Below are positions 41,291 through 55,926 of a stretch of 64,000 nucleotides of DNA, piece by piece. Origin of the DNA: the human T2T-CHM13v2.0 reference genome, Homo sapiens. Numbering within the stretch: position 1 is the first letter of the stretch; every line of letters begins with the position of its first letter. The stretch lies in assembly GCF_009914755.1 (NCBI RefSeq), contig NC_060933.1. The stretch is one strand, 5' to 3'. The translations under genes and the position numbers were made by a program. The notes beneath the pieces are model-generated. The model was given only the letters and a program-made list of their open reading frames with translations, ran no database searches and was not told where the DNA came from.

Positions 41291-44235
41291 ACATTGCTGC
41301 TAAAATTCATTAAGTGAAAGCTCATAGGGAAGTAGACTTTCATAGCATCCCATACTTGCAAAAGGGGCAATCTAACTGAAGGACGACATCAGTATCAGAT
41401 ATCAGATATCACACAAACCAATGATCACTTTTACTGTCTCAACTGTCGGTCAACCTGACATTACAAATTTTCTGATGTAGTACAACATGAGGTACAAAAT
41501 TTCACCTGTGATTTATTCTAGTCAAGCGTGTTTAACTGGCAACCATTAAGGCATTAGGTGTAAATTTAGACACAGAAAACAATCAAGCAAAGCCTCAAGG
41601 TATGCCATTTTGTAGGTCAATTGGCCTCTTTCCTTCAACAAGTCAGTACCATTTAAAAAGGGAGGTAATTCTAGATTTAAAAAAAAAAATTAAGGGGTGG
41701 ACAATTAGATATAATGAGCGGGACTGCACTGAGACTGGTTTAAAGAAATCAGCCCTAAAGAAAAATGTTTAATTAATTAAAGACATCTAAATACAGCATG
41801 GACATTATATATAATGAAAATGCATGAAAATAAAAATGTGAAAATTATTGACTGAAAAAGAGGTTACAAAGTGTATATTTGATGAAAAATAATATGTAAG
41901 GCTAGAGGCAAAGATACTAACAATGGTGCTTTCTTGTTTATAGGACTATTTCAACACATTTTGCTCCTCTGCATTTAAAAACTATTCTCTGATGCACATA
42001 TACTCTTTCTTTAATAATAAAATTATGTTTAAATGATTCAACATTTCTGAATAGCAAATTACTATATATGTATACTTTAAAATAGACAATTTATAGGGCT
42101 ATACCCAACTTGTGGCTGTGCACTGTCCAGTTACTATACATGTACTTCTTACCCTCCTTTTAATATCTAATTATAAAATTCTGAACTCATTGAGGGCTAT
42201 TAGCACAGCTACAATTGTTTTTGCTTCTTCTAAGTTTGATATTTGTATGGTATTTTTAAAATTATATATTATGAACTTTTTGTATATATTTGAGTATTTT
42301 GATATTTTACCTATAAAAAAGTACAATGTTTACTGAACAAAATAACAGAATAATTATTTTTCAAAATGTAGAAATTAACAATTGCAGGCAATATCACTTC
42401 CCAGAAATAATTTCCCGTTTGATTACATTGTCATCATGGACTAAATTATACATTATTTTTACTTTTTGGAATATGCTAAGGTTTTCATTGAGGCCCAATA
42501 CTTTGTCCACTTTGACTATTATTCCATGAGTATTTGAATAAATATACACATATTAGTTATCCTCCATTAATTGCTTATGTCCTCCTAAATCTCACTTATG
42601 TTTTTTCACTTGATCTTCCATCAGCTGAAAAAATAGTATTATAAATTGTATTTTAAAAAATGCTTCTGAAGTTTTTGCTTTCTGAATTTTGCATACATAT
42701 TTAATAAATATTTATGACAGTTATTTATTTATAGTGACCTTTTATTGATACAAAGTGCCTTTGTCCTCCTTCATATTTTTTACCAACACGAATAAAACCT
42801 ATTTGTTCTAAATATTGTGATCTTTGTCTTTTTTTTTAATTTCCATTTGCCTGTAATTCTTTTGCCCAAAGCTTCACTTTCAAGCTTTTGAGTTAATTTT
42901 TATTAGAGTTGTTGCTTGTATGCAATAAATCATTGGCTTTGTTACTGAATGTAATCCTGGAAGGAATCATGATCCCTCTCAGAGTTTCCACTGTCAAGAA
43001 CTTAAAGAGTCTGTTTACGGAGATGTAGCTAGGGTTAAAAAAATAAGAGAGAAAGAGAGATGCAGAGGAACAAAGACATCAACCACAGGAAGCCATAAAG
43101 GGACAAGAGGAATGATAGCATTAACAGAGCTAAGTGAGTTCTGGAGCTGCAAGGAAAGGTCGCATAGCAGGAGTTCTAGTTATGGAGAGATTCAGCCCCT
43201 GGCAGAAGCACAGAACCAAAGCAGAGGGAATCAGGGAAGAAATAACCCATTCTCCTCTCCACCTAACTTGAACCCTAGAGGAGCCTCCCACTGAGTGCCT
43301 TCTGCTGAAATTCAGGCAACAAAGGAATCTGAATGATGTTGACTGCATGGCTCTGCATCCATGAGCACAGAACAAGTTAGACAAGGGAAGAAAATAAATC
43401 CATGAAGTCAATAAAAACTTACCAGAACATTACTCCGACTTCGCATTCATTCTTGCCTCTTGCTTAGATTAAGAAAATTGGATCTCCAGTACAGGGAAAC
43501 CACAGTCCTAGCATAATTTAAATTGTGGGAGGGTGTCAGCAATTCAGTCTTATTCCCAACAGGATTATGAATGTTAATGTCACCCACTATTAGTACTCTT
43601 TATATGAGATAGCAAGGAGAGTGAGGGGAAAGAAATATTCAGTTAACATAAATATGTAAATTAGCTACTACTGTTTTCACTTTTGGTCATGAGCCTAAAT
43701 TTTATCATCATAATTTCCTTTTTCTATTATCCATTCCATTTTCAAGCAAACTTTACTACTTCTGTAGTACAGGAATTATTGTCTCATGAGATGACCCAAA
43801 TCTTCATTTCATAAGATCAAAGTCCCTAGTGATACTGTCTTTATTTGGTGGCTCTTTATGGGACATATAAGTGCTAAAAGGCTCCACAGCAGATCTCCTG
43901 GATTCCAGCTAGGCCTATTTGCCTAATTTTCCTCTGTTAATCAGAATTAATCAATCCATTCATTATAGTTAAACTCTTTATTGCCAGTTAGGTCAATGGC
44001 ATTAGGAGCTAAAAATAGCAAGGGTGCAATTTCAGGTCCAAATTTAATGGAAACATAGCTATATTTCTTGAAAGAAATGTTCCTTCCTTGGAAAAGAGAA
44101 CCTCCAAGGCTACTAAATACAAGATTCCAGGAAGGGAAATAAAATTCTGTAAATAGAATATTAGGTAAAATAATTCTACTTCTAAGTTCCTGATCCTACA
44201 TATTCTGGCTTTTGGAAATATGGCTTATGTATTGG

Positions 44236-44800
44236 TTAATAGTTTAATCTGTTAGGACAGCACCACAATTTCAAACAATATTGTGTCACACCTGGCATTG
44301 AAACTGAGCCTTTAGGAAGCTGTTCCATCATTCTATCAGGCCAACTGCTTACTGGTGATGGGACATGTGGGGAAACATGAATTTCATGGGCATGGATCTT
44401 TTGTAACAATTGTTTTGCTATAAAATGAGTTTCCTTGTCAAAGGCAATGTAGTATGGGATGTTATGGCAATGAATAAGGCATTCTATAAGGTGACATATG
44501 GTGACACTGGTAGAAGCATTGATGGCAGAGAAGAGAAACCCATTTCTAGAATGTGTATTTGGTTTTATGTGGACAAATGATTGCTTACTCCACAATATAA
44601 AGGATTCAATGTAATCACCCTGGCACCAGGTGCCTGGTCGGTGTCCCTATGAAATGGTGCCATATCAGGAACACATTGGCCCTTGGTATTGACAAGTTGG
44701 GCACTCAGTGATGGTAGACAGATCAGGGTTGCTAAAGGGTAGTCCATTGTGTTGAGTTCATGCATATTAACCATCCATGCAACTATGATTACTTTTTGCA
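44236..44800 (-). pseudogene. ERVL integrase remnant (frameshifted)
   Basis: The ORF reads TICHLIECLIHCHNIPYYIAFDKETHFIAK...HAHEIH, which resembles ERVL IN TECLIHRHGIPHSIASDQGTHFTAK..WAHAHGIHW. Upstream frames give the zinc-finger motif ECPTCQ and TWCQGDYI (similar to TWWQVDYI). Confidence 0.85.
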
Positions 44801-45597
44801 TGGTTCCACTAAGTAAGCACCAGTATCACTGGGAGAAAGCTTGATAGACATCCACAGGAAAGATCAGACACATAACCTACCTGATTGTTGAGCACCTTCT
44901 CTTTAGGGGATTCCCCTGGTGAATATGAATGAGAGTTGAGGAAAATTTGATAACTAAGCAGGAATAGCTAATAAAGGTCTGAACCACCTGCTCATTCAAT
45001 ATACTTGTGACTCCCCTTCCTGTTCAGCCTTAATGTCACCCATATCAATTCCATTTTATAATAACCTGCTAATTTCCAAGCACAATTTTAAGATTTGATA
45101 ACATGGATAGCACCCAGTTGATTGTGAACCCTTCAAATCACATAGTTACATGGTGACAAGCCAGACTTCTTAAATAGATAAAAATATTTGGCAGAAGGGG
45201 ACATAGTTTTGTTCCAAAATTATTAGTTAGGTGAACTATGATTGTCTTCTTGGGGTTACTTAGAAGAGTCAAACAGCATTACTCTAAGCCAGATACTTAG
45301 ATCTACTGAGTCAAAATACCCACGCAGCAGAGGAGCCTACAGCACAGACTGAACCTGCTGCAAAGAGCTCTTTTTTCTAAATGGGTAGACTTGTGAATTA
45401 GCCTGTAATAGGTTTGAATGCACACAACTGTAGTCATGTTACTTCCAAAATCCAGAGAAGCCTCTCAGTCATTCTGCTCTTTCTGTGTGGTAGGCAGTAC
45501 AAGGTTATGCCCTAAGAAAGAGATATTCTTACATACCCCATTTTGTAATAGCTTCTACATTAATTAGGACCCTTGTATAAAACAGAAATCTGCTTCA

Positions 45598-45745
45598 GGC
45601 TTGGTATGGTGGCTCACGCCTCTAATCCCAGCGTTTTGGGAGGCCAAGGTGGGAGATCACATGAGCCTAGGAGTTCAAGACCATCCTGGGCAACATAGGG
45701 AGACCCCATCACTATTATTAAAAAAGAAAGAAAGAAAAGAAAAAT
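45598..45745 (+). mobile_element. Alu left monomer (FLAM-like)
   Basis: A single arm with an A-rich tail and a perfect 12-bp TSD AAATCTGCTTCA at 45586 and 45746. Confidence 0.88.
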
Positions 45746-48700
45746 AAATCTGCTTCAATAGTCCACAATAGAGACTTTGGTGAATGGACTACTTACCTCA
45801 GTTAGAGCAGGATTTAAAACCCCAGCAAAGGTTGCTGTAATACTCAGACACCAGGAACAGTGAAACGCTGTTACCATCCCTAGACCTGAAGGGACAAGGT
45901 ATATAATTTGCATTATTGAAGCCTAGAAAGATCTGTTGCTGTGGAGAAGAGTTATCTGGTAGAAACTACATTCATGCAGAATTAGGAAGAAAGCAGGGTA
46001 TAGATATCAGGATTTCTCTTTCTCTCTTTCTGCCATCTGACCCACTGCCAGTGCCTTACATTAATCCAATTCAACTAGGAGCTAGCTGGCAGAGGAACCT
46101 GAATGATAAAGTCTTGGGAGTTCACCTCCTGGAGCACAGAACAGAGAACTGAAAGTCAGATAAAGGATTTGGGTGGAGCTAACAGAATTATCAACACATT
46201 TTTTCTTGTCCAATATAAGTCTTTTACTTTAATTATAAATTTTATTTCATTACATATAACAGTGAAGATATGTTTAGTTTGAGTTTTGTCATCTTATGTA
46301 ATGATCTCTGCTTTGAATGTTTTCTTTTTTCACATTTTCCTATAATATGTTCTTTGTGTATATGTTTGCATTTGCCTTTCATAAGATTTTGTATGTTTGT
46401 GTATATGTATCAGTTATGATGATACACAGCAGAAAAAAATATTTTAAAATCTGCAAATATATATAAAGTAGAGACACACCAAATAAATATTTGGCCGAAC
46501 ACTGAAAGGCTGAGTATCAATGTCATTATTCACCTGAAGCTGAATATTACTATTGTAAAATGAATCCAAAGTTTTATGAAATTCAATTTTGATTGCAATA
46601 TTTGTTACTGAAATTTCAGTAGTCAAAAATTTAAAGCTTGACGTTATTCAAGGACAGTAATTTCTTGGCATTGTCAGCTGCAAGATTGTTCCTGTGATCA
46701 TCATAGCACGGGCAGATGCTAATATGTCTACCTTCCTATATCATACATAGGAGGAAGCTCCCACCAAATTATTACACTGTCTTCCTCTATAATATTAAAA
46801 AATAAAGTATATATATGAAGATTGTGGATCCTGAAAATGTAGTTGATGGTGACTATGCAGCTTCATTGAAGCAATACCCCAGCAACTGCAGCTATGCACA
46901 CTGACTATTTTTAGAAGCAGAATTAGAATTGATGCCTTGAAATACATATTTTTATGCTTCTATTTTCCTGCACTTGTTCCATAATCACTTGAGAATATTT
47001 CTCTATAAACCTTAACTTTTAAATGTGGCAATGGAAAAGTGAAAATAGCTTTTAAGATAAAGCAATTGTCTCTGAATTTTCAGCTGCATCTAAACTTTCA
47101 TGATGAAGCTAATTTCAGTACGTTCCCCAGTTTAGGATGACAGGAAGAGCTTTACCACAGGTATCTTATAAGAAATATGTGCACCCTAATGGCATATTGT
47201 ATGGTGATTTCCTCAACAAATTATAGCAAACAAACTAGTTTATCTTTAAGCAACCACTGGATCTTAATAAGTCCTGAGATGGAAGCTGTGCCATTAAGGT
47301 TTGTTCAAGCAGCTACTTTAATATGTGACCACTACCAATTTACCTTGTGTAGGTTCATAACAAGCAGTTCCAAAGTTGTATGCCTGTCATGTAGTATATC
47401 TTTAGCTGAAGATTTTAAGATTTCACCAAGGTTAATTAACCCTTGAAAGTAAATACTCAGATATTAAAAATAAATCTAAAGGATCATGAAGTCATTGATA
47501 CCATATAAGCTTAGAGATGTCAGAAATGTGGGTGGATTAGATCAGTTTTCTAATCTGAACTCCCAAAATATGAGGCAAAACTAAAGTTGAATGGAGAATT
47601 GGGCTAATGCAGAGGGTAAACATGCACACACGTGAGTGCGAGTGTGTGCTTGCATGAGATATGTACCCTCCGCGGCCCTGAGAAAGTAGTGGCAGAGATA
47701 GACTTCTCAGGGACACCTGGGCACTGCTCCTGCCTTTACACATTTGTCAGGTATATTGGCTCATGGGCTGATACTCTTTATCAGAGAAAGATTACTGGTT
47801 TCTGATATAAACAATGAAAGATCAGGTGATATATTATTGAAAGTTCACTGCCTATTATAATCTGAGTAATATAAAATAATAATGGCATATGGATGGCCTG
47901 ATGGCAATATTAGTTTCTTCTACTAGGTAGGGAAGGAGGTGTCTTTCTCCTTTTGTGAATTTGGGCCTTTGTTGTAAATCGGGAGTTGACATATTTCTGA
48001 AACATTAGGGAAAACCACATCCAACCAGAATCTAACCTTTTAATCCATCCAAGAGTTTACTTAATTCACCCAATTAAAATATGGATTCTCTAAAATACCT
48101 ATTCATAATCTCTTTAGTCCATATTTTCTCCATTATGTCCAACTCCCACCATTCAGCTGTTGATTTATGGTGAGAGCTATTTTTAATATTGTAGAATTAA
48201 TTACTTAAAATATGTACTCCCTAACTCTACAGACTCATAAAATTCATGTTCACCTCTGCATTCTAGTGATCAGAAAAAATATGGGGCATATTTACAAATA
48301 TAACTCCTTCACTGTCTCTTTTCAAAGGACATAACAGAGTGACAGAATTGAAGGAAGAGTGCAGATAATTTAAAAATATTTTATAGGGGGCCACGTCCTG
48401 AAAAGGAAGTCTAATATCCTACAGGAAGGCTCTGGCCCTAGGTTTTCATCTGTAAATCATAGTTATCTAACTCTTCTACTTACTAGAGGGAAAATTTTCT
48501 TTATTCATCTTGCTGTGTTATTCATCTTGGAAAGGGAAAGTAAAAGCTTGGTAATAACACCTAAGATTATGATAACCCACAGATTAGTATGATCATACAG
48601 GACAGTATGTTTCATAGTTTTACATTTCTTAAAATCTTGTCCACAAACAGAAAATATCTGATGTAAACAGTAGAAACCAATCTAAGAAGAAGAGAAAAGA

Positions 48701-49847
48701 AAAGCAACTAAAGATGCTTACCTTGAAAGAAAGAGGACTTAAGGCAACATTAGTTGTTTTCAAATATCTGAGGGCTTGCCAATGAATGACCAAGGGGAAA
48801 AATTTTATACAGCCATTAAGGATGGAGAAAGAAATGGTGAATACAAGTTTTAGGATGGCATATGTAAACTACTCTAAGGAATTAATAATTACTATCATAC
48901 ATGGATTGCTTTAAGGGATGGGGGACACAAACAGCAGGGTCAAAACAAAGTCTTATGGCCAGGAATACCGTAGAGAAAATATGGCCATTGAATGGGGAGT
49001 TAGACTAATTAAGCTCTATAGACCTTTTCAATTGTGATTAAAATTGTGTGAGTTATATGAAATTGTATGAGATAGTACTGACATTTAAGGATTATTTTAT
49101 TATTTTCCTATTTGTCAGGCTAACAAGAGTGAAGGCAATGCATGATAAATGTGGTATAGTGATGATCAGTAGATTTGGAGTTGCAAACATGGAGCTTGAA
49201 CTCAGAATTCAGTTCTATCACTGACATTAGTAAACTAGAATAAATAACTTATATGAGACTCAATTCATTTATTAAACATAATGATAATTATACTATATAC
49301 CTCACAAGGTTATTATGTGAGTTAAATTAGGTAGCATGTATTCAGTACAATGTACTCTTAGAAATGGCCTAATATGTGCACTTGTAACTGTGACAAGCTG
49401 AGTCACAAAGAGAGGAAGTGGAAGTTGCAGCCTAAAATTTTGCTGGGTTTTTATGACACATACGGAGATAGCTATAATTCAACAGGGTAAATGCTATAAC
49501 AGAGGTGAATTTAAAAATATCTTATGAACAAATGAAGTTGAGAAAGGTTGATTTTGGAGATGAATTAGAAAAACATGCAAAAAAGAAGTGCCATAAATCT
49601 GGCAAGACAAACAGTATTTAGGAAGTATGTAAAAATATACCAGAAATAGTCAGCATGAGCAAATGCATAGATATTGAATAAAAATCTGCCTAAGCCCTTT
49701 CTCTGAAAAAAATAAAATAAAATGTAAGCCCTTCATGGGGAACAACAAATAGTAAAAGCTGACTTGACTATGTATTTGAACACACCTGGTATGGTACATG
49801 GAAGGTAGCAGGTACACAATATGTGCTTTTTAAAAAACAGAGTGCTT

Positions 49848-51150
49848 GACTTCTGGTTCTGGCCATAATAAAATAATGGATTTCAGACTGAATCTTCTGC
49901 TGTAAACAACTATAAAACTAGACAAAATGTACCATGTGCCCATTTTAAAGCATTGTACAACACACAGCATAGAGTCATGATCCTTGAAGTCAACTCCACA
50001 TTTAAAGCTGGCCTTTTATATAGGGATACTTCCAAACTGCAGGAAAGGAAAGAGGAGCCCAAATAGATCACAGCAATTTTTCTGAATGGAGAAACCGATT
50101 ATAGGATGCAGCTGAGGTGGCTGGAATTTATGAAGAACATTCCAGAGAAGAAAGAGTCGAACTGAGAAAGAGATCTAAAAATCCACAAATGAGTCTTCTT
50201 GAATTTTTTGAGTGAACAACATATTATGCATGCACAGAGTAAGATTTCACAAGGCCACACAGAGAACAGTTTCTAAGGGGCCATGAGCGGAATGAGGCTT
50301 TCACTGGTTCATCAATGTTGAAAGCCATTAGAGTTTCAACCAGTCAAAGTGAAAAGACTCACTGAGCATCTCCCAGTGTTTAAATAATGACTCAGGAAAG
50401 TCAGCTTCCAAAGTAGGGCTCCTCTACTCCTATCAGAAGAAATACTCTTAAATCAGCCTTAAAAACCTAAAAATAAGCACCAACTGGATCAAACTAATGT
50501 GCCAGTAAATTAACTGTCTGCTCAAAATAAAATTCAACACACTTCTACCAAAGACAGAAGTCTAGAATCTAAATAATATAGTACGAAAAATGTCAAATAT
50601 GAAACAAAAACAATTATTAAACATGCAAAAATAGCAGAAACCTATGAGAAAATTAGGAGAAAAATAAGCAATAGAAACAGAACTTAGATAGCCAGGATGT
50701 TGTTAAGAATAAAAACAAGCATTTTTAAGCTGGTATTAAAATATGTCCAAGGATTTAGAGGAAAATAAGAAAGACAGTGGAGAGACGTAGAATATCAACA
50801 CAGTCATACAATTAAAATTCATAATTGTAGGTGGGAGAAAAGGCATGTAATAGAAAAGGGAATAATGATAAAAAATACTTCTGACTTCTCATCAGAACAA
50901 ATATAAGCTAAATGAAAATCTAAAAATTATTTAAAGTATAGAGAAGAAATAATAAGTCATTTCAGAATGATATATCCAGTGAAAATAATCTTCAAAAGGC
51001 AAAAGTAACACTTTAATAAGGTTAAAATAATAGGTGAAAGAGTTTATTACCACAAGAAAAGCACTACAAGGAATGTTAAAGCATGCTCTTCAAGCACAAG
51101 AGTAGTGATAAAAAATATAAACTCACATCTACCAAAGATGTGGAGTGTTA
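49848..51150 (+). mobile_element. Old L1M 5'/ORF1-region fragment
   Basis: GACTTCTGGTTCTGGCCAT...AAACAACTATAAAACTAGACAAAAT start, and CTGACTTCTCATCAGAA...TATCCAGTGAAAATAATCTTCAAAA. Confidence 0.55.
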
Positions 51151-51891
51151 CTGGGGCACAAGAACAGATAGGTTTTCCTTAAGGGACAATGACAACAACA
51201 AAGAATCTAAAGTTTCAACAGGAAAATACGTAATTGTTCTTATCCTGAGATGATAGTTTTAATATCCCGATTTAGTAATTGTCGTATCTGATTAGCTTTG
51301 TCAGAAAAACTAACATATACAAGTTTTTTAACCCCAAAATATGAAGTCTTTTTATCACTTTATTGAGTCATGAGCTGCTATGGTTACCAAGAGAAAAAAT
51401 TTTTGGAGCCCAAAGTCTTCTCAGGCTTATTTTTCTCTCCATTTCTTATTTCTGTACCTTTAAAGATATTACAAAGGAATTTAAGAGCACCCATTGTAGG
51501 GCAAAAGTGAAGAAAAAAATTAACTGTGGGTATATTATGATAAATTGCTTGTATCAGTTATGAAGCCAGGTATCTATAAGAATGTCCTTACCCAAACAAC
51601 TGTATCTAGCATAAAAAAATCCTGGAAAAGTGGCTTATCAATTCCAAAAACTTATCTCTGCAAATATTATATAATGGAATTTGTTTTCCAGTATCTTATA
51701 TAGCAATGTCATCAAGTTTATAAACTGGATAATCTGCTAATTATTTTATGAGAATGAAAGAAGTCATTTAAAGTAGCCACATTCAACTCTGAGTGTATAT
51801 GTGCATATGCCCATCAAAATACAAGCAGGGCTCAATAGAGAGTTTATGTTTGTGGGCAGGTAATCTTAAAAAATATTTACCTAAAAATCAA

Positions 51892-54093
<2,202 letters not shown>

Positions 54094-54821
54094 ATATTTA
54101 CCTAAAAATCAATAAGACTGCTTAAATAAATAAATTGCAAATTATTCTAAGAATACATGATTATGAAATACTGTCAAGCCTAACAGAAATAAAGATAACA
54201 GTATAGTTATTCTTGATAACCCCAAACTGAAGAGAACTCAAAGGCCCGCAAAATTGGAAAATGGGTTGTAAAAGCTGTGATATAGTCAAATAATTGAAAA
54301 TTACTCAAAAGTACTACCAAAAAAGACACCAAAAGTATTTATTGTATGATCACACCCATATAAAGTTTCAGAAAGGGCAAGATCAATCTGTAGTGATAGA
54401 AACAAGAATATTGGCTGGAGGGTGACGGGAATTGACTGTTAAGTGGCATGAGAAATTTCTGGGGTAATGTCAATGTTCTATGGGCTTTGGGTGGCTCAAT
54501 CATATATTTTTATCAAAAGTCATTGAATAATGACTTAAAAATTGTGCATTTCATCTGATCTAAAGTATACCAAAATTAAAAACAAGGAAAAATACTATCA
54601 AAAAATATGGAAAAGTAAACTTTCGCACGTTAGTCTCAAAAACCAATGATTTCTGATATTCTTTTTACTCTATCAATGTTTTTCATTTTGAATCATCTAG
54701 GTTTTTCTGTATTACTGTGCTTCAGCTCAGAGAGTGAATACTTAACAAAATACAGAGTATGAATTTCAGTGAAGTAATGGCCAAAAATAGGATATAAACA
54801 GATTATTGTGAGATTAGTATT

Positions 54822-55453
54822 TGCGGTATGCACAGTAGCCTCCCAAAGATGTCCACATACTCATTCCTGGAATCTGTGAATATGGCAAAATGGACTTTGC
54901 AGCTGTAACTAAGGTTACCAACCTTAAGATAGGGCAAGCATCTTTAAGTATCCAGGTGAACCCAATCTAATCATATAAACCTCCAAAAGCAGAGAACATA
55001 CTTCAGCTGGAGAAAGAGAGGCTTGGCAGAGGGAGAAATTAGAAAGATTCTGCCTGAGAAGGTTCGGAGGCGTCATTGCTGGTTTTGCGATGTAGAGGCT
55101 CTCATAGGAAGACTGGAGACAGGTTACTAGGAGCTGACACCAGCAACCACCAGTTGACACATGCAAGAAAACAATGACGTACAACTGTACAAGATACTGG
55201 GAATGGTGATACAACTGCAAACAACTAAATTCTGACAACAACCTTAATAAATCTGGAAATGTACTTTTACCAGAGCTTCCCAATAAGATCCCTGTTGATT
55301 GTCACCTTCGTTTGGACCTTGCCGGATGTTGAACAGGGGAGCTGGTTGAGCCCACTGAGACTTCAGACCTGCAGAAGTGTGAGATAATAATTTATGTTGC
55401 TGAAGCCATTAATTTAGTTGAAATTGTCATGGTGCCAATATAAAACAAATACT
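54822..55453 (+). mobile_element. MLT1 (MaLR) LTR
   Basis: CCCAAAGATGTCCACA..CCTGGAATCTGTGAATATGGCAAAATGGACTTTGCAG...GTGAGATAATAATTTATGTTG. Confidence 0.75.
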
Positions 55454-55583
55454 TTATTTTATAATGAGACTGGATAACGAAGGGCTTGTGTTGATTTTCA
55501 AGGAGATTGAAAAATATATCTCATAAATCTAGTGAAAACATGAAAGTTCTTGGGAGGATGAAATTGATAATATCTTTTCTATT

Positions 55584-55926
55584 TGTATGAGTCCGTTTTT
55601 GCACTGCTGTCAAGAACTGCCTGAGACTGGGTAGTTTATAATGGAAAGAGGTTTAATTGACTCACAGTTCTGCATGTCTGGGGTGGCCTCAGGAAGCTGA
55701 CAATCATGGCGGAAGGTGAAGAGGAAGCAGGCACCTTCTTCACAAGGTGGCAGAAGAGAGGGAAGTAGGAGCACAGGAAAAAACTGCCTCTTTTAAAACC
55801 AAAAGATTTCGTGAGACTCGCTATCATGAGAACAGCATGGGAGAAACCACCCACCCCCCCATAATCCTATCACTTCCCTCCCTCAACACGTGATAATGGG
55901 TGGGGACACAGAACCAAAGCATAGCA
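55584..55926 (-). mobile_element. THE1C/D-like MaLR LTR
   Basis: GAGACTGGGTAGTTTATAATGGAAAGAGGTTTAATTGACTCACAGTTC...GGGTGGGGACACAGAACCAAA. Confidence 0.85.

Larger units (their letters stand above)
42940..46198 (-). mobile_element. Degenerate ERVL-class provirus remnant (pol fragment between LTR33/LTR41-like LTR pieces)
   Basis: LTR-like segments at ~45800-46198 and ~42940-43429 share motifs (AAGGGACAAG, GAGCACAGAACA). The internal minus-strand frames give RT-connection QQVQSVL*APLLRGYFD and integrase motifs. Confidence 0.7.
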
